Shown piece after piece: positions 16,110 to 27,259 of a stretch of 64,000 bases of DNA; position 1 is the stretch's first letter; every line of letters starts with the position of its first letter. The DNA is taken from positions 193,502,001 through 193,566,000 of the forward strand of contig OX597815.1 in assembly GCA_951406725.2 (NCBI GenBank), given 5' to 3'. The notes beneath the pieces were generated by a model, which saw only the letters and a program-made list of their open reading frames with translations, made no database searches and was not told the DNA's origin. The translations under genes were made by a program, and so were the position numbers. The DNA comes from Octopus vulgaris (lineage: Eukaryota).

Positions 16110-16353
16110 TTGAATTACAGAGACTATGGAAAGTACGAGTAAAATGTATCCCAGTATAGGGGCATTGGGAACTATCCCTAAAGATTTAAACATATGGATA
16201 GAGGAAATAGGCTTAAAACCCAGTGTAGTACAGCTGCAGAAAACAGTGTTATTAGGGACAGGTAGGATACTTAGGAGGGTTCTTGGCATTTAAGGTTACT
16301 TGGTGTAGCCCGATGTTAGGTTTTTCCTTTTCCATCAGTCTAATCTGTTGAGG

Positions 16354-16418
<65 letters not shown>

Positions 16419-16442
16419 CGATGATGGTGGTGGTGGTGGTGG

Positions 16443-16496
<54 letters not shown>
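16110..16496 (+). mobile_element. R4/Dong-clade non-LTR retrotransposon 3' end with (TAA)n/(TGA)n tail
   Basis: Encodes IGALGTIPKDL...QLQKTVLLGTGRILRRVLGI*, homologous to the C-terminus of ORF 24873-25223. Confidence 0.75.
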
Positions 16497-16497
<1 letters not shown>

Positions 16498-17012
16498 GGC
16501 ACAAGGTGTTATTAAACTTTCTTAAGTCATAAAGCCACAACATAATTTTTGACGAAGAGTTTAATGCTTTATTTCATTGAATGTTGATTACATATAATGT
16601 ACAAGGTGATTTATTGGTGCGTTTACAAATGTTAAAATGCTATCATTTCATTTAGTTATAAACGTATTAGTTAAAATGTAGAATCATCTTTATTAGGGTA
16701 AATACTTTGAGATGTCATTTTAAAACGAATAACATAGGCTAAAGTTTAATACATAAATTGAAAATGGAATTAATTATTGTATAATTATTTCAAGGTTTGT
16801 CGTGAACTCCACGTCTTATTCTGTGACGATATCAAAAGAAATATCAAACCCCTTGTTGGCCAAGAATATTTAAGGATGAAAGCAACGACACATATTCTTC
16901 TACATTCGTGGTCAATATTTGAATTTAATTTTCACTACTGACCTTTATCACTAGAATTATCTAAAACATCACGCGGGACAAAGGCTCAGTGGAATTTTGT
17001 CTGTCATTATGT

Positions 17013-17242
17013 ATTTCTTTACTAACCACAAAGGGCTAAACACAGAGAGGACAAACAAAGACAGACAAACGGATTAAGCCGATTATATCCACTCCAGTGC
17101 GTAACTGGTACTTATTTAATCGCCCCCGAAAGGATGAAAGGCAAAGTCGACCTCGGTGGAATTTGAACTCAGAACGTAGCGGCAGACGAAATACTGCCTC
17201 GCATTTCGCCCGGCGTGCTAATGTTTCTGCCAGCTCGCCGCC
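17013..17242 (-). mobile_element. tRNA-derived SINE family B
   Basis: Reverse complement of the 8835 family. Confidence 0.9.
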
Positions 17243-17648
17243 TTTGTGTTTTGATTTATTAGATTTGAAAAAGGACATATTGTATATTAAAAATTGCATT
17301 TGCGTAAGTTTAATTCTTCCATTATAAGTATTGAATAGCTGTTTATAGCAAAACTAAAAGATTTCATGTTTCAAAACTCTGATGTTGTAGACAAAATATG
17401 ATGCCAGATCTGGATTCAGAAGGCCAAAATTTGCTAAAAATAATTGATAAACCTTGTGCCAGAACATATGTGTTGACCAGTGTTATAAAATGCATGTTGA
17501 TTGGAGCTCTCGCTGTATCTAAACAATAATTCTAAGAGTATTTTATATGATTAGACTTAAACATGAGATAAAGCAAAATTGAAAACACTTCATTAAATAT
17601 GAATCTTCTGAATTTTCTAATGCCTTCTTTCAGTTATGGACAAGACTA

Positions 17649-17816
17649 CTAATTGTAGTAAACTGTTGTCTGTTGAGTAACTCTTAAAGCTATCAGTACA
17701 GTATAAAGGATAACTGTAATGGTACCAACAAGTAATGATATTTTGATAAATTTTCTTGCTTGGTTGTTAGCTTCCATTGCACACGCTGTATCTCCATTTC
17801 GGGCCATTGAGTTTGC
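17649..17816 (-). CDS. CD225/dispanin-family gene (intact copy), last coding exon
   Basis: Acceptor ttttatcttctag|, phase 0. Encodes ANSMARNGDTACAMEANNQARKFIKISLLVGTITVILYTVLIALRVTQQTTVYYN* (GD loop plus second hydrophobic helix of CD225). Confidence 0.88.
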   Translation of the reverse strand, partial: ANSMARNGDTACAMEANNQARKFIKISLLVGTITVILYTVLIALRVTQQTTVYYN

Positions 17817-18224
17817 CTAGAAGATAAAAAGGAAAACAAGCTAATAAACCTCAAAAGCAGCGAATATATTTTGGTTTCAAATGTTGCGATGGTGAGTAAG
17901 TCGATTACATGGGCTCCAGTGCTCAACTGGTAGTTATTTCATCGGCTCCGAAAGGATAATAGGATAATAGGTAAAAATCGATATCTGCAGGTTTTAACTT
18001 CGAACATAAAGACGGACGAACGAAATGCTACTAACCACACTGCCAATATATATATATATATATATCTGTCGTAAGAAATTTGAAAAGTTAAACGCGAAAC
18101 CGGTCTTTCTTCTAAACTATCATTGTAAGGAAAAAAATTTTTTTATATTCTTCAGACATATTGACGCAAATATATATATTTTTTAACCTTTAAGCCTTTT
18201 GTAGTTTTTTCACTTTTTACTATT

Positions 18225-18268
<44 letters not shown>

Positions 18269-18512
18269 ATTTATATATGTTACATATATATATTTTATTA
18301 ACATATTTTTATCGTCCTTTAATCGGAGAAATTACCAAAGATTTCTAATGTCGTTTCTTCACACTTCACTTTTGAATTTACTTTTTTTAAATTTGTATAA
18401 CTATGAAAACTTGTATAGAAATAATCGGTATATGGCTTAAACTTGTTAAACACACTTCAACAAATTAATTCATATTTATGTAATGGAGGAGATAAGATGT
18501 TAGAACGGATTA

Positions 18513-18902
18513 TCTCTATATATATAAAGCTGAAATTGTCTGTGTGTGGCAGGTTTGGTAGCCGTCAACTAACACTATCTCCTCCGAGACCCTGCGGCAC
18601 AAGTTGACCAAAATTGAGAGTATGATAGAAGAAGATTTGCTCTTCATTCCGTAGAAGAAAAAATTAACACCAAACATGTTAACACCAAAAATTATTTACA
18701 TCAAAAAGGTGCTTTTATTCTAAGAAAATCCTTATTTTTTACGTTTTTTTACTGCTCTGTAGCCATTTTTCGGTGTATTTCAACCAGGAAAATGTTCACT
18801 TAAAGAGAATAACAAGCTACATAATGCAAAATTTTTACTTTTCAAAAATTCCAATTCTAAAGGGTTGAAACAAACCCGAGCAACGCCGGGCGATACTGCT
18901 AG
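18513..18902 (+). mobile_element. Non-autonomous Helitron, complete (390 bp)
   Basis: A|TC 5' end, subterminal hairpin cccgagcaacgccggg 18875-18890, CTAG|T 3' end, no TSD. Confidence 0.85.
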
Positions 18903-19019
18903 TAGTTTTAAATTTTCATGTTTTTCATTTTTCATGAAAAATAAAAAATCTATAATCCATTTTAACATCTAATCTTCTCCATTACATAAATATGAATGAA
19001 TTTGTTGATGTGTGTGTGG

Positions 19020-19059
19020 AGAGAGAAAGAAAGAAAGAAAGAGAGAAAGAAAGAAAGAC

Positions 19060-19090
<31 letters not shown>

Positions 19091-19411
19091 AGGAAAGAAA
19101 GAAAGACAGAAAGAAAGAAAGAAGTAAGGAAGGAAGAAAAGAAAGAAAGAAGGAAGGAAAGAAAGAAAGAAAGAAAGAAAGAAAGAAGGAAAAATAGAAG
19201 GAAAGAAAGAAAGAAAGAAGGAAAGAAAGAAGAAAAGAAAGAAAGACAGAAAGAAAGAAAAAAAGGAAAGAAAAAAAGAAAGAAAGAAAGAAGGCAGGAA
19301 AGACAAAAAGAATGAAGGAAAGAAAGAAAGAAGGAAGGAAAGAAAGAAAGAAAGAAGGAAAGAAAGAAAGAAGGAAGGAAAGAAAGAAAGAAAGAAAGAA
19401 GGAAGGAAGGA

Positions 19412-19455
<44 letters not shown>

Positions 19456-19711
19456 AGGAAGGAAGGCAGGAAGGAAAGAAAGAAAGAAAGAAGGAAAGAA
19501 AGAAAGAAAGAAAGAAAGAAAGAAGGAAAGAAAGAAAGAAGGAAAGAAAGAAGGAAGGAAAGAAAGAAAGAAGGAAGGAAAGAAAGAAAGAAAGAAAGAA
19601 GGAAGGAAGGCAGGAAGGAAAGAAAGAAAGAAAGAAAGAAAGAAAGAAGGAAAGAAAGAAAGAAGGAAAGAAAGAAAGAAAGAAAGAAAGAAGGAAGGAA
19701 GGCAGGAAGGA

Positions 19712-19763
<52 letters not shown>

Positions 19764-19968
19764 AGGAAGGAAGGAAGGAAAGAAAGAAGGAAGGAAAGAA
19801 AGAAGGAGAGAAAGAAAGAAGGAAAGAAAGGAAGAAAGAAAGAAAGAAGGAAGGAAGGAAGGAAGGGAAAGAAAGAAAGAAAGAAAGAAAGAAATAAAGA
19901 AAGAAGGAAAAAAAGAAGGAAGGAAGGAAGGAAGGAAAGAAAGAAAGAAGGAAAGAAAGAAAGAAGGA

Positions 19969-20000
<32 letters not shown>

Positions 20001-20043
20001 AAAAGAAAGAAAGAAAGAAGGAAAGAAAGAAAGAAAGAAGGAA

Positions 20044-20074
<31 letters not shown>

Positions 20075-20141
20075 GGAAGGAAAGAAAGAAAGAAAGTAAG
20101 AAAGAAAGAAAGAGAGAGAAAGAAAGAAAGAAAGAAAGAAA

Positions 20142-20178
<37 letters not shown>

Positions 20179-20203
20179 AAAAGAAGGAAAGAAAGCAGGA
20201 AAG
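19020..20203. repeat. ~1.2-kb (GAAA)n/(GAAG)n polypurine tract
   Basis: Directly visible; intronic. Confidence 0.97.
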
Positions 20204-20581
20204 GTTGACAGCTCACGTTAGGTGTAGTGAACCTCATTCCTCTCCTAAAGCATCGATTCCTCCATCCATCTATCTATCCATAAATCGGTCCTAAACACGC
20301 GAGAAACAATGTCTCCTTCGCGGCAATCTAACACAATAAGTTTGTGACCACAAAATACTTATAGAAGACTTGAACTCCCAAATCTTGGCATCATAGTTTA
20401 ATACCGAATCTCAGTTATTTGCTTTGTAATATAAAAAACTAAGAAATTTATGAAACGCATGACTTTTCAAAGTGAAATACTAGCTTTTTACATAATTTTG
20501 GCACTAAAAGTTGAATATTTATAAGTCAAATTATTGGATACGCATGGACTTCCTAGCAAGGAATGTCCATATTCTACTTAC

Positions 20582-20695
20582 TCTGTCTGCGTATACTATC
20601 GCCACAATGCCAGTCGGAAGGAAGCAGAACAGGGTGACAAAAATTGCCGCAATCAGTTGATTTTTTTGAGGTTCTTGTCTTCCTTGGTTTATCTG
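20582..20695 (-). CDS. CD225/dispanin-family gene (intact copy), middle coding exon
   Basis: Acceptor tttctgtttcag|, donor AGA|GTAAGT, phase 0/0. Encodes QINQGRQEPQKNQLIAAIFVTLFCFLPTGIVAIVYADR (first hydrophobic CD225 segment with C-F-x-P-x-G-I-V-A). Confidence 0.9.
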
Positions 20696-20803
20696 CTGAA
20701 ACAGAAATAAAGGAATAGATGAATGCAAAAGCATAATTATCTTTGGGTTAATATGATAACAGCGATGATACTGTTACTACTAATACTACTACTACTACTA
20801 CTA

Positions 20804-20805
20804 TA

Positions 20806-20886
<81 letters not shown>

Positions 20887-20919
20887 TAATGATAATGATA
20901 ATAATAATAAATAATAATG

Positions 20920-20965
<46 letters not shown>

Positions 20966-21045
20966 TAATAACAATAACAACAACAACAATAATAGCAATA
21001 ATAATAATAATAATGATAATGACAATAATAATAATAATAATGATA

Positions 21046-21109
<64 letters not shown>

Positions 21110-21126
21110 TAATTATAATAATAATA
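20804..21126. repeat. (TAA)n compound microsatellite
   Basis: Directly visible. Confidence 0.97.
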
Positions 21127-21487
21127 AGAGCACTCAAAGAGCGCAAATCTCCGCCAAGACAACACCAACGTTCTCTCAACGATTAGCCGGATATGATTTT
21201 TAAAATCAGAATATCGGAAATAAACTCGTCTGCTTTCACAAACGAGAATACTAGAAAATGAACCCTACCACTTTCAAAAATTAAGTTAAAAGACCAGAAA
21301 AATAATCCAGAATCCTTGTCCGGCACCGGATCGATCCCAAAATCTAATCATTTTGTGCCAGTCATAAGGCAAAACAGCCCTGAAAGTTTCAGCCGAATCC
21401 ATCCAGTTGTTCTTGAGGTATCTTGCCCACGGACAAACAAACAAGCAAGACTGAACACGATACCCACGCCTTCGCTAAGTCGGAGGT
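21125..21487 (+). mobile_element. Helentron-associated (HINE/DINE-like) non-autonomous element
   Basis: Starts taagagcactcaaagagcgcaaatctccgccaag and ends ...cggaggt (imperfect subterminal inverted repeat ctccg/cggag), with (caaa)n near the end; flanked by TAA repeats. Confidence 0.5.
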
Positions 21488-21499
21488 CATAATAATAAT

Positions 21500-21895
21500 T
21501 CGTTCTACTATAGGCACAAGGCCTTAAATTTTGTGGAAGAAGACCAGTCGATTACATCGATCCCAGTACGTGACTGGTACTTAATTTAACGATTCCGAAA
21601 GGATGAAAGGCAAAATCGACCACTGCAGAATTTGAACTCAGAACGTAGCGACTGGAGAAATACCTATTTCTTATCTACCCACAAGGGGCTAAACACAGAA
21701 GCGACAAACAAGGACAGACAAACGGATTAAGGTGATTACATCGACTCCAGTGCGTAACTGGTACTTAATTTATCGACCCCGAAAGGATGAAAGGCAAAGT
21801 CGACCTCGGCGGAATTTGAACTCAGAACGTAGCGGCAGACGAAATACCGCTAAACATTTCGCCCGGCGTGCTAACGTGTCTACCAGCTCCCCACC
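21500..21895 (-). mobile_element. tRNA-derived SINE family B, tandem dimer
   Basis: Two consecutive reverse-complement copies of the central domain. Confidence 0.88.
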
Positions 21896-22182
21896 AAAAA
21901 ACCTGGTTTTTCTGCCGACTATTTTGGCCATTTCTATTAAACCCTCTTTCCGACCTCTACTAGTTTCATCACATGTTTGAGTCCAGGTTATATTAATTTC
22001 ATTGGAAAAGTAAAATCGATTAATTTAAGTCTTTTACTTTTCCAGGTGCTCTCATCACTTTGTAGTTAAGAAATTCACTTCAGAACCAGAGGTCTTCAGG
22101 TTTTATACTACTCCACAGCACCTTGATCAACATGAGACGACACTCTGCCATAGTTTTCAGTTGAAAAATAGCTTGTCCTGAA

Positions 22183-22410
22183 GGCGGCGAGCTGGCAGAA
22201 ACGTTAGCACGCCGGGCGAAGTGCGTAGCGGTATTTCGTCTGTCGCAACGTTCTGAGTTCAAATTCCGCCGAGGTCGACTTTGCCTTTCATCCTTTCGGG
22301 GTCGATAAATTAAGTACCAGTTACGCACTGCGGTCGATATAATCGACTTTATCCGTTTGTCTGTCCTTGTTTGTCCCTTCTGTGTTTAGCTCCTTGTGGG
22401 TAGTAAAAAA
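22183..22410 (+). mobile_element. tRNA-derived SINE family B with probable 15-bp TSD
   Basis: Full head to tail; gaaaaatagcttgtc 22163-22177 versus gaaaaacagcttgtc 22425-22439. Confidence 0.9.
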
Positions 22411-22710
22411 AGGAGAAAAAAAAAGAAAAACAGCTTGTCAGTTGAATTTAGTTGGTTGAAACCTGCCATGCGCACGCACAAATGCACACATGCATATGCG
22501 CACACATGTACAGGCATAGCATGTCATATGCTTTTAATATTCTCCTTAGCAAGGTAGTTCAGTACAAAATGTCGGCTACTCAATACATAAACATCGATAA
22601 AATAAATCGCAGGCTAACACGTTCATCTTATGATGGTATGAATTTTCTTAAAGCTAGTTCGCTTGCATAGTCACACTTGGATGACTGAAACCAGCTAAAT
22701 ATAAGATCTC

Positions 22711-23297
22711 AGAGATGTACTTGCATAGCGAGTGACCTGATCTGAGATCGTGTGCTGGAACGAAAACAATTGCAGCGTGGAAGGTGTTTATAAGCCATTT
22801 AAGAAACACACGTTTAAGAAAATATTTTGGCAAATTAAGAGTTAGACAATTAGCCGGTGTGTCTAACTCTTGTGTGATATTGGAATTATCTTGTATGAAA
22901 AGGTATAGTATTTGAGGCTATGATTATGTTCCGGTGGCTATCAGAATCATAGTAAGATGACATATGTGCAAGAAGGAATTGGGCCGTGTACTGCTATGTA
23001 TGATTTTCATAGTATCCATTGGCACGCATATAATTCAAACTTATTGTCAGTTGTGGATATTATTTTCAGAATGACTTATTTTATGAGTTACGGAGATGTA
23101 CTTGCATAGCGAGTGACTTGATCTGAGATCGTGTGCTGGAACGAAAACAATTGCAGCGTGGAAGGTGTTTATAAGCCATTTAAGAAACACACGTTTAAGA
23201 AAATATTTTGACAAATTAAATTTAAATGTTGAAGTGAATCTAACGGTTTTTGTGTGTTTCTTAAATGGCTTATAAACACCTTCCACGCTGCAATTGT
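22711..23297. repeat. MITE-like repeat fragments: ~125-bp direct repeat plus 46-bp inverted repeat
   Basis: gagatgtacttgcatagc...aaattaa at ~22712 and ~23093; 23147-23192 is inverted at 23252-23297. Confidence 0.7.
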
Positions 23298-23373
23298 ATA
23301 AGATCTCAATTTTAGGATATATATTTGTGTAAAACAGTAAAAACTGAAATCAAAAGAAAACATGTTTACTTAC

Positions 23374-23636
23374 AATAATAGTTTGTTGTTGTTGTTGTTG
23401 TTGTTGTTGTGGTTGTTGTTGCACTGGAGGGTAACCATATCCTGGGGTATATCCAGGTTGTGGTGGATATCCCGGTTGTGGTGGATATCCAGGTTGTGGT
23501 GGATATCCAGGTTGTGGTGGATATCCAGGTTGTGGTGGATATCCAGGTTGTGGTGGATATCCAGATGCAGGTGAGAATCCAGAGTTTTCATAGTATCCTG
23601 GTGGAGTATCGTTAGATTTCTGAGTGTTTTCCATCT
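23374..23636 (-). CDS. CD225/dispanin-family gene (intact copy), proline/glutamine-rich exon
   Basis: Acceptor tttccttttacag|agATG (ATG at 23634), donor ATT|GTAAGT in phase 0. Encodes MENTQKSNDTPPGYY..., (GYPPQP)x6 from an 18-bp repeat, poly-Q, TII. Splices in frame to the two CD225 exons (180 aa from this ATG). Confidence 0.9.
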
Positions 23637-23800
23637 CTGTAAAAGGAAATTAGATTCCACGAGATAATTTCGAAGTGTACAATCCTCACAAAATTATTTA
23701 ATCAACAAATTTTAGATGAGTGTAATGTGAATTGAGTGTATTTAGTGATTGATCACTTTACAATTGTGAGATTATATTTTGGTAGAGATGCTGAAATAAA

Positions 23801-23910
23801 TGGTCGGCCCGAGGCTATAGTAGACGACACTTGCCTAAGGTGCCACGCAGTGGGACTGAACCCGGAACCATGTGGTTGGTAAGCAAGCTACTTACCACAC
23901 AGCCAAGCCT
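23801..23910 (-). mobile_element. tRNA-derived SINE family A, 5' fragment
   Basis: Reverse-complement head. Confidence 0.85.
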
Positions 23911-23934
23911 GCCATTTTGGGGTTTCCTGGTATC

Positions 23935-24730
23935 TGATGTAGGTAGCAATCAGCCCCTTCCGCTATCATTTTAGGGTACCTATGACAACTGGTATTGCTT
24001 TAGTCTTCAGGTTCCACATTTTCCTAATTTCAATTTCAAGATCTTTATACTTGCTCAGTTTTTGATAGGTTTTGATAGATACGCTTATATCGATTGGGAC
24101 AGTCATATCAATGAGGAGGCATAATTTTTATCTGAAGTCTTTCGATATGATGTCCTATATCCTATTTGCATCTATCTTTCTGTATATCTATCTTGAATGG
24201 TGAAGTTCCAGAGGAGTGAGACGTGATCATTTTCAAGCACTGGAGGTGGTTTGTGTTCCCACTAGTTTTTGTCATGGGGTAGGTCCACGTTTTTGCATAT
24301 TACTCAGTGAATATATTGTGCAGCTCAATCATGTCTGCTGAGATACACTGTAGGCGCAAGAAGACTGCACATGAAGACATGATCAATGGTTTCATTTTGT
24401 TGTTGACGTATACGACATGTTGAGAATCTGCTGTTCTTTAATATGTTGGCCTGGTAGTTTCTTGTAGGTAAGCATTGATCTTAGGCTGCTGTGATAAACC
24501 CTTCTGTTTCTGATTTTAAGCCAGAAGCCATTAGCCATTGGTGAGTAAGGGCTTTGTCAACATCGCCATTATTAGTTCTCTTTGGGTATTTGCCATTGAA
24601 AGGCTTTTCTTGTCATTCATCCGTAAGAATATCTAAGGCAGCAGTTTTAGTACGGGTTTTTCATACGCTTAGCTTTTTTTCTGCTTGTTTCTAGTACGTC
24701 AAATTCTGGAATTTGTATTTGGATTTCACG
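23935..24730 (-). mobile_element. R4/Dong-clade retrotransposon fragment (CCHC and RLE region), decayed
   Basis: Minus strand reads GKYP...THQWLMASGLKSETEGF...DQCLPTRNYQ...ETIDHV...RHD, with stops and frameshifts. Confidence 0.75.
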
Positions 24731-24739
24731 CTGTTATTA

Positions 24740-24770
<31 letters not shown>

Positions 24771-24801
24771 TTTTTGTATTTATTTATTTATTTATTTATT
24801 T

Positions 24802-26905
24802 GCACAGCTCCAGACGCTGGAGATGTATTACGGTGCCAGATTTTCACAACCAATGAACTAAGGTAACACCCCTTATTTTTCGAGCACCATTCGGAGTATT
24901 CGAGCGGTTCCAAGTAGTGCTGTTTTCTGCAAGTGCACCACCCTTATTGCAGCCCATATTTCTTCCATGTACTTCTCAAGATTTTTACTCACTGTTCCCA
25001 GGGCTCCGACAATTATTGGTACAACTAACAGCTTTTTCAGTGACCAAAACTGCTTAACCTCACAAGCTAACTTGTCGTATATATCGACTTTCCTTTCTTT
25101 CTTATCGCACACCTTATTGCCAGCTGAGCATTTTATATCTATGATCCAGCATAGCTTGCTTTCTTTCTCAATTGACGCTATGTCTGGTTTTCTATTCTCT
25201 ATCTCATGGTCGCACTGAATCATAAAATCCCATAGGATCTTTGCATTATCATGTTCGATTATGTCTTCGGGTTTATCTTCGTACCAATTTTTTTGCTCTG
25301 TCTAGTCCATACTTGTTGCAAAGTGTCCAATGGACAATCCTTGCTATATTGTCAAGATGTCTCTTATATTCTTTCCGGGCTAGTGGCGTAAAGTGACTGG
25401 TAATATGCCACACAGTGTCACCATTTTGTCCATAAAATCTGCCCTTATCACTTTCTGTTGTGTTGTCTATTCTGTATTTGATGTAATTCGATCTTAATGC
25501 TTGCTCTTGGACAACACAGACTACAGCCCCCGTTTCGGGTTTTAAATCACTTTTAGTTATCCACGGCCATCTTTTTTCTCTGCCTGTCTTATCTTCAATA
25601 TCCCTATGAAATTGTCCATGCATTCTTTTCTAAATCTACCTATTTTCAGTTTCATTCATTCTTAAGTGCTTCTCCAGTGCTTTATCTTTGCAATCTTCCA
25701 TCCTACACAAGCCTAACATTCTTACTTCCAATAATAGTAGTTCTGTGGCATTTTTAAATACAATGCTTTGTTGTTTTTTCTGCTCTAATGCTGTGTTCGC
25801 ATCCAATCAGTCCTCTTACCCCTCTTTTCCTGGGTACATACAGTCTGTCTATCTTACGTTTTGGGTGGAGTATCACATATCTAGTCAGCAACTTCCTTGT
25901 CTTTCTGTCTAAGCTGTTTAGTTCGTCTACTGTCCATGCGATTATCCCTGCTCCATATCTAACTAGTGAAACCACCCAGGTATTGATAGCATCAATCTTA
26001 TTCCTTCCGTTTAATTTCAACTTTAAGATCAGTTTCAGTCTGCGGAAGTACTCCACTTTAAATTTTTCTGTCATTTCTTCCTCCATCAATTTATCCATTT
26101 ACAATATCCCCAAGTACTTATAACCCGTATTTTCTATCTGCTTCATGACCTCACCCAACTGTATCGCTAGCCCGTTCCTACATTTCATGTTGCCTCTCTT
26201 CAAGTCTAACACACCACACTTTTTCAGTCAGTACTGATAACAATACTGAACGGATACACCGTATCAACGGCGGAATAGACTTGGAATTCATCTTTACATA
26301 AAGTTTGTAGTCATCCATGAATAACAAGTGGTTGACTTTTGTTGGCAGTTTTTGAATACATACCTAGACTTTGCTTTCCTCAGAATCGGCGTTAGTGGTA
26401 TCATGCACAGTACAAAGATCAGTCGGGATAGGCAGTCCCCTTGGAAGATGCCTCTCCTGATTTCTATTGTCCCTAAACTTCTTCCATATTCTGTCAGTTC
26501 TGTCCTCCACTTCGCCATAATTTCTCCAAGCAGTCACTCAACATTCGATGCAATACCAAATAGGATCATACATTATATAATGTAGGATCATATCGTACGC
26601 CTTACGATAATCGATCCAAGACATGGCTAAGTTAATTTTCCTCCTATTGCAATCTCTAAATACAGTTGTGTCAACCAGGAATTTATCCCTGGTACCTCTG
26701 CACTTACACTTGCAACCCTTCTGCTCATGCATCAGGACTCCATTCTTTTCGGAATGTCCGTATATTGACTCTGCGATTATTCCAGTCAATAATTTCCACA
26801 TAAGCGGCAAGCAGCATATCTGTCTGTAATTGTCTACCGTATTGCCTTTTTTCGAAGTTTTTCAGAGCACAGCAGTGTCCTACTCATTGTCAACCACTAT
26901 TGGTC
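24802..26905 (-). mobile_element. R4/Dong-clade non-LTR retrotransposon, 5'-truncated and frameshifted
   Basis: Fragments MWKLLTGII..EQKGC..WIDYRKAYD, RRGIFQGDCLS, LFMDD, HGQF, RKPDI..IID..VVPIIVGALG..QKTALLGT (RT plus restriction-like endonuclease). The 3' end abuts (TAAA)n/(TAA)n. Confidence 0.88.
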
Positions 26906-27024
26906 TGTTCATGATTGTATATCATTGACTTGATGAAGATAACTAACTTGGAAGATTTTGTAGCCTTGATGCAAAACGAACGTAAGGGATTAGTACCTGT
27001 ACACTCATCTATTAATATTCATTT

Positions 27025-27259
<235 letters not shown>

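Noticed and set aside
16340-16543. Poly-His/poly-Tyr ORF
   Set aside because: Antisense reading of the (TAA)n/(TGA)n tail of a Dong element.
17693-17926. 77-aa minus-strand ORF from the track
   Set aside because: Overlaps the real CD225 exon in the wrong frame and begins in a decayed SINE.
18969-20237. KERK-rich and FLSF-rich ORFs of 300-420 aa (also 51138-52379)
   Set aside because: Artefacts of the (GAAA)n tract; no domain, and the frames are not conserved between units.
23455-23562. Regular short repeat that might suggest a CRISPR array
   Set aside because: No spacers; it is an 18-bp coding minisatellite in a eukaryotic exon.
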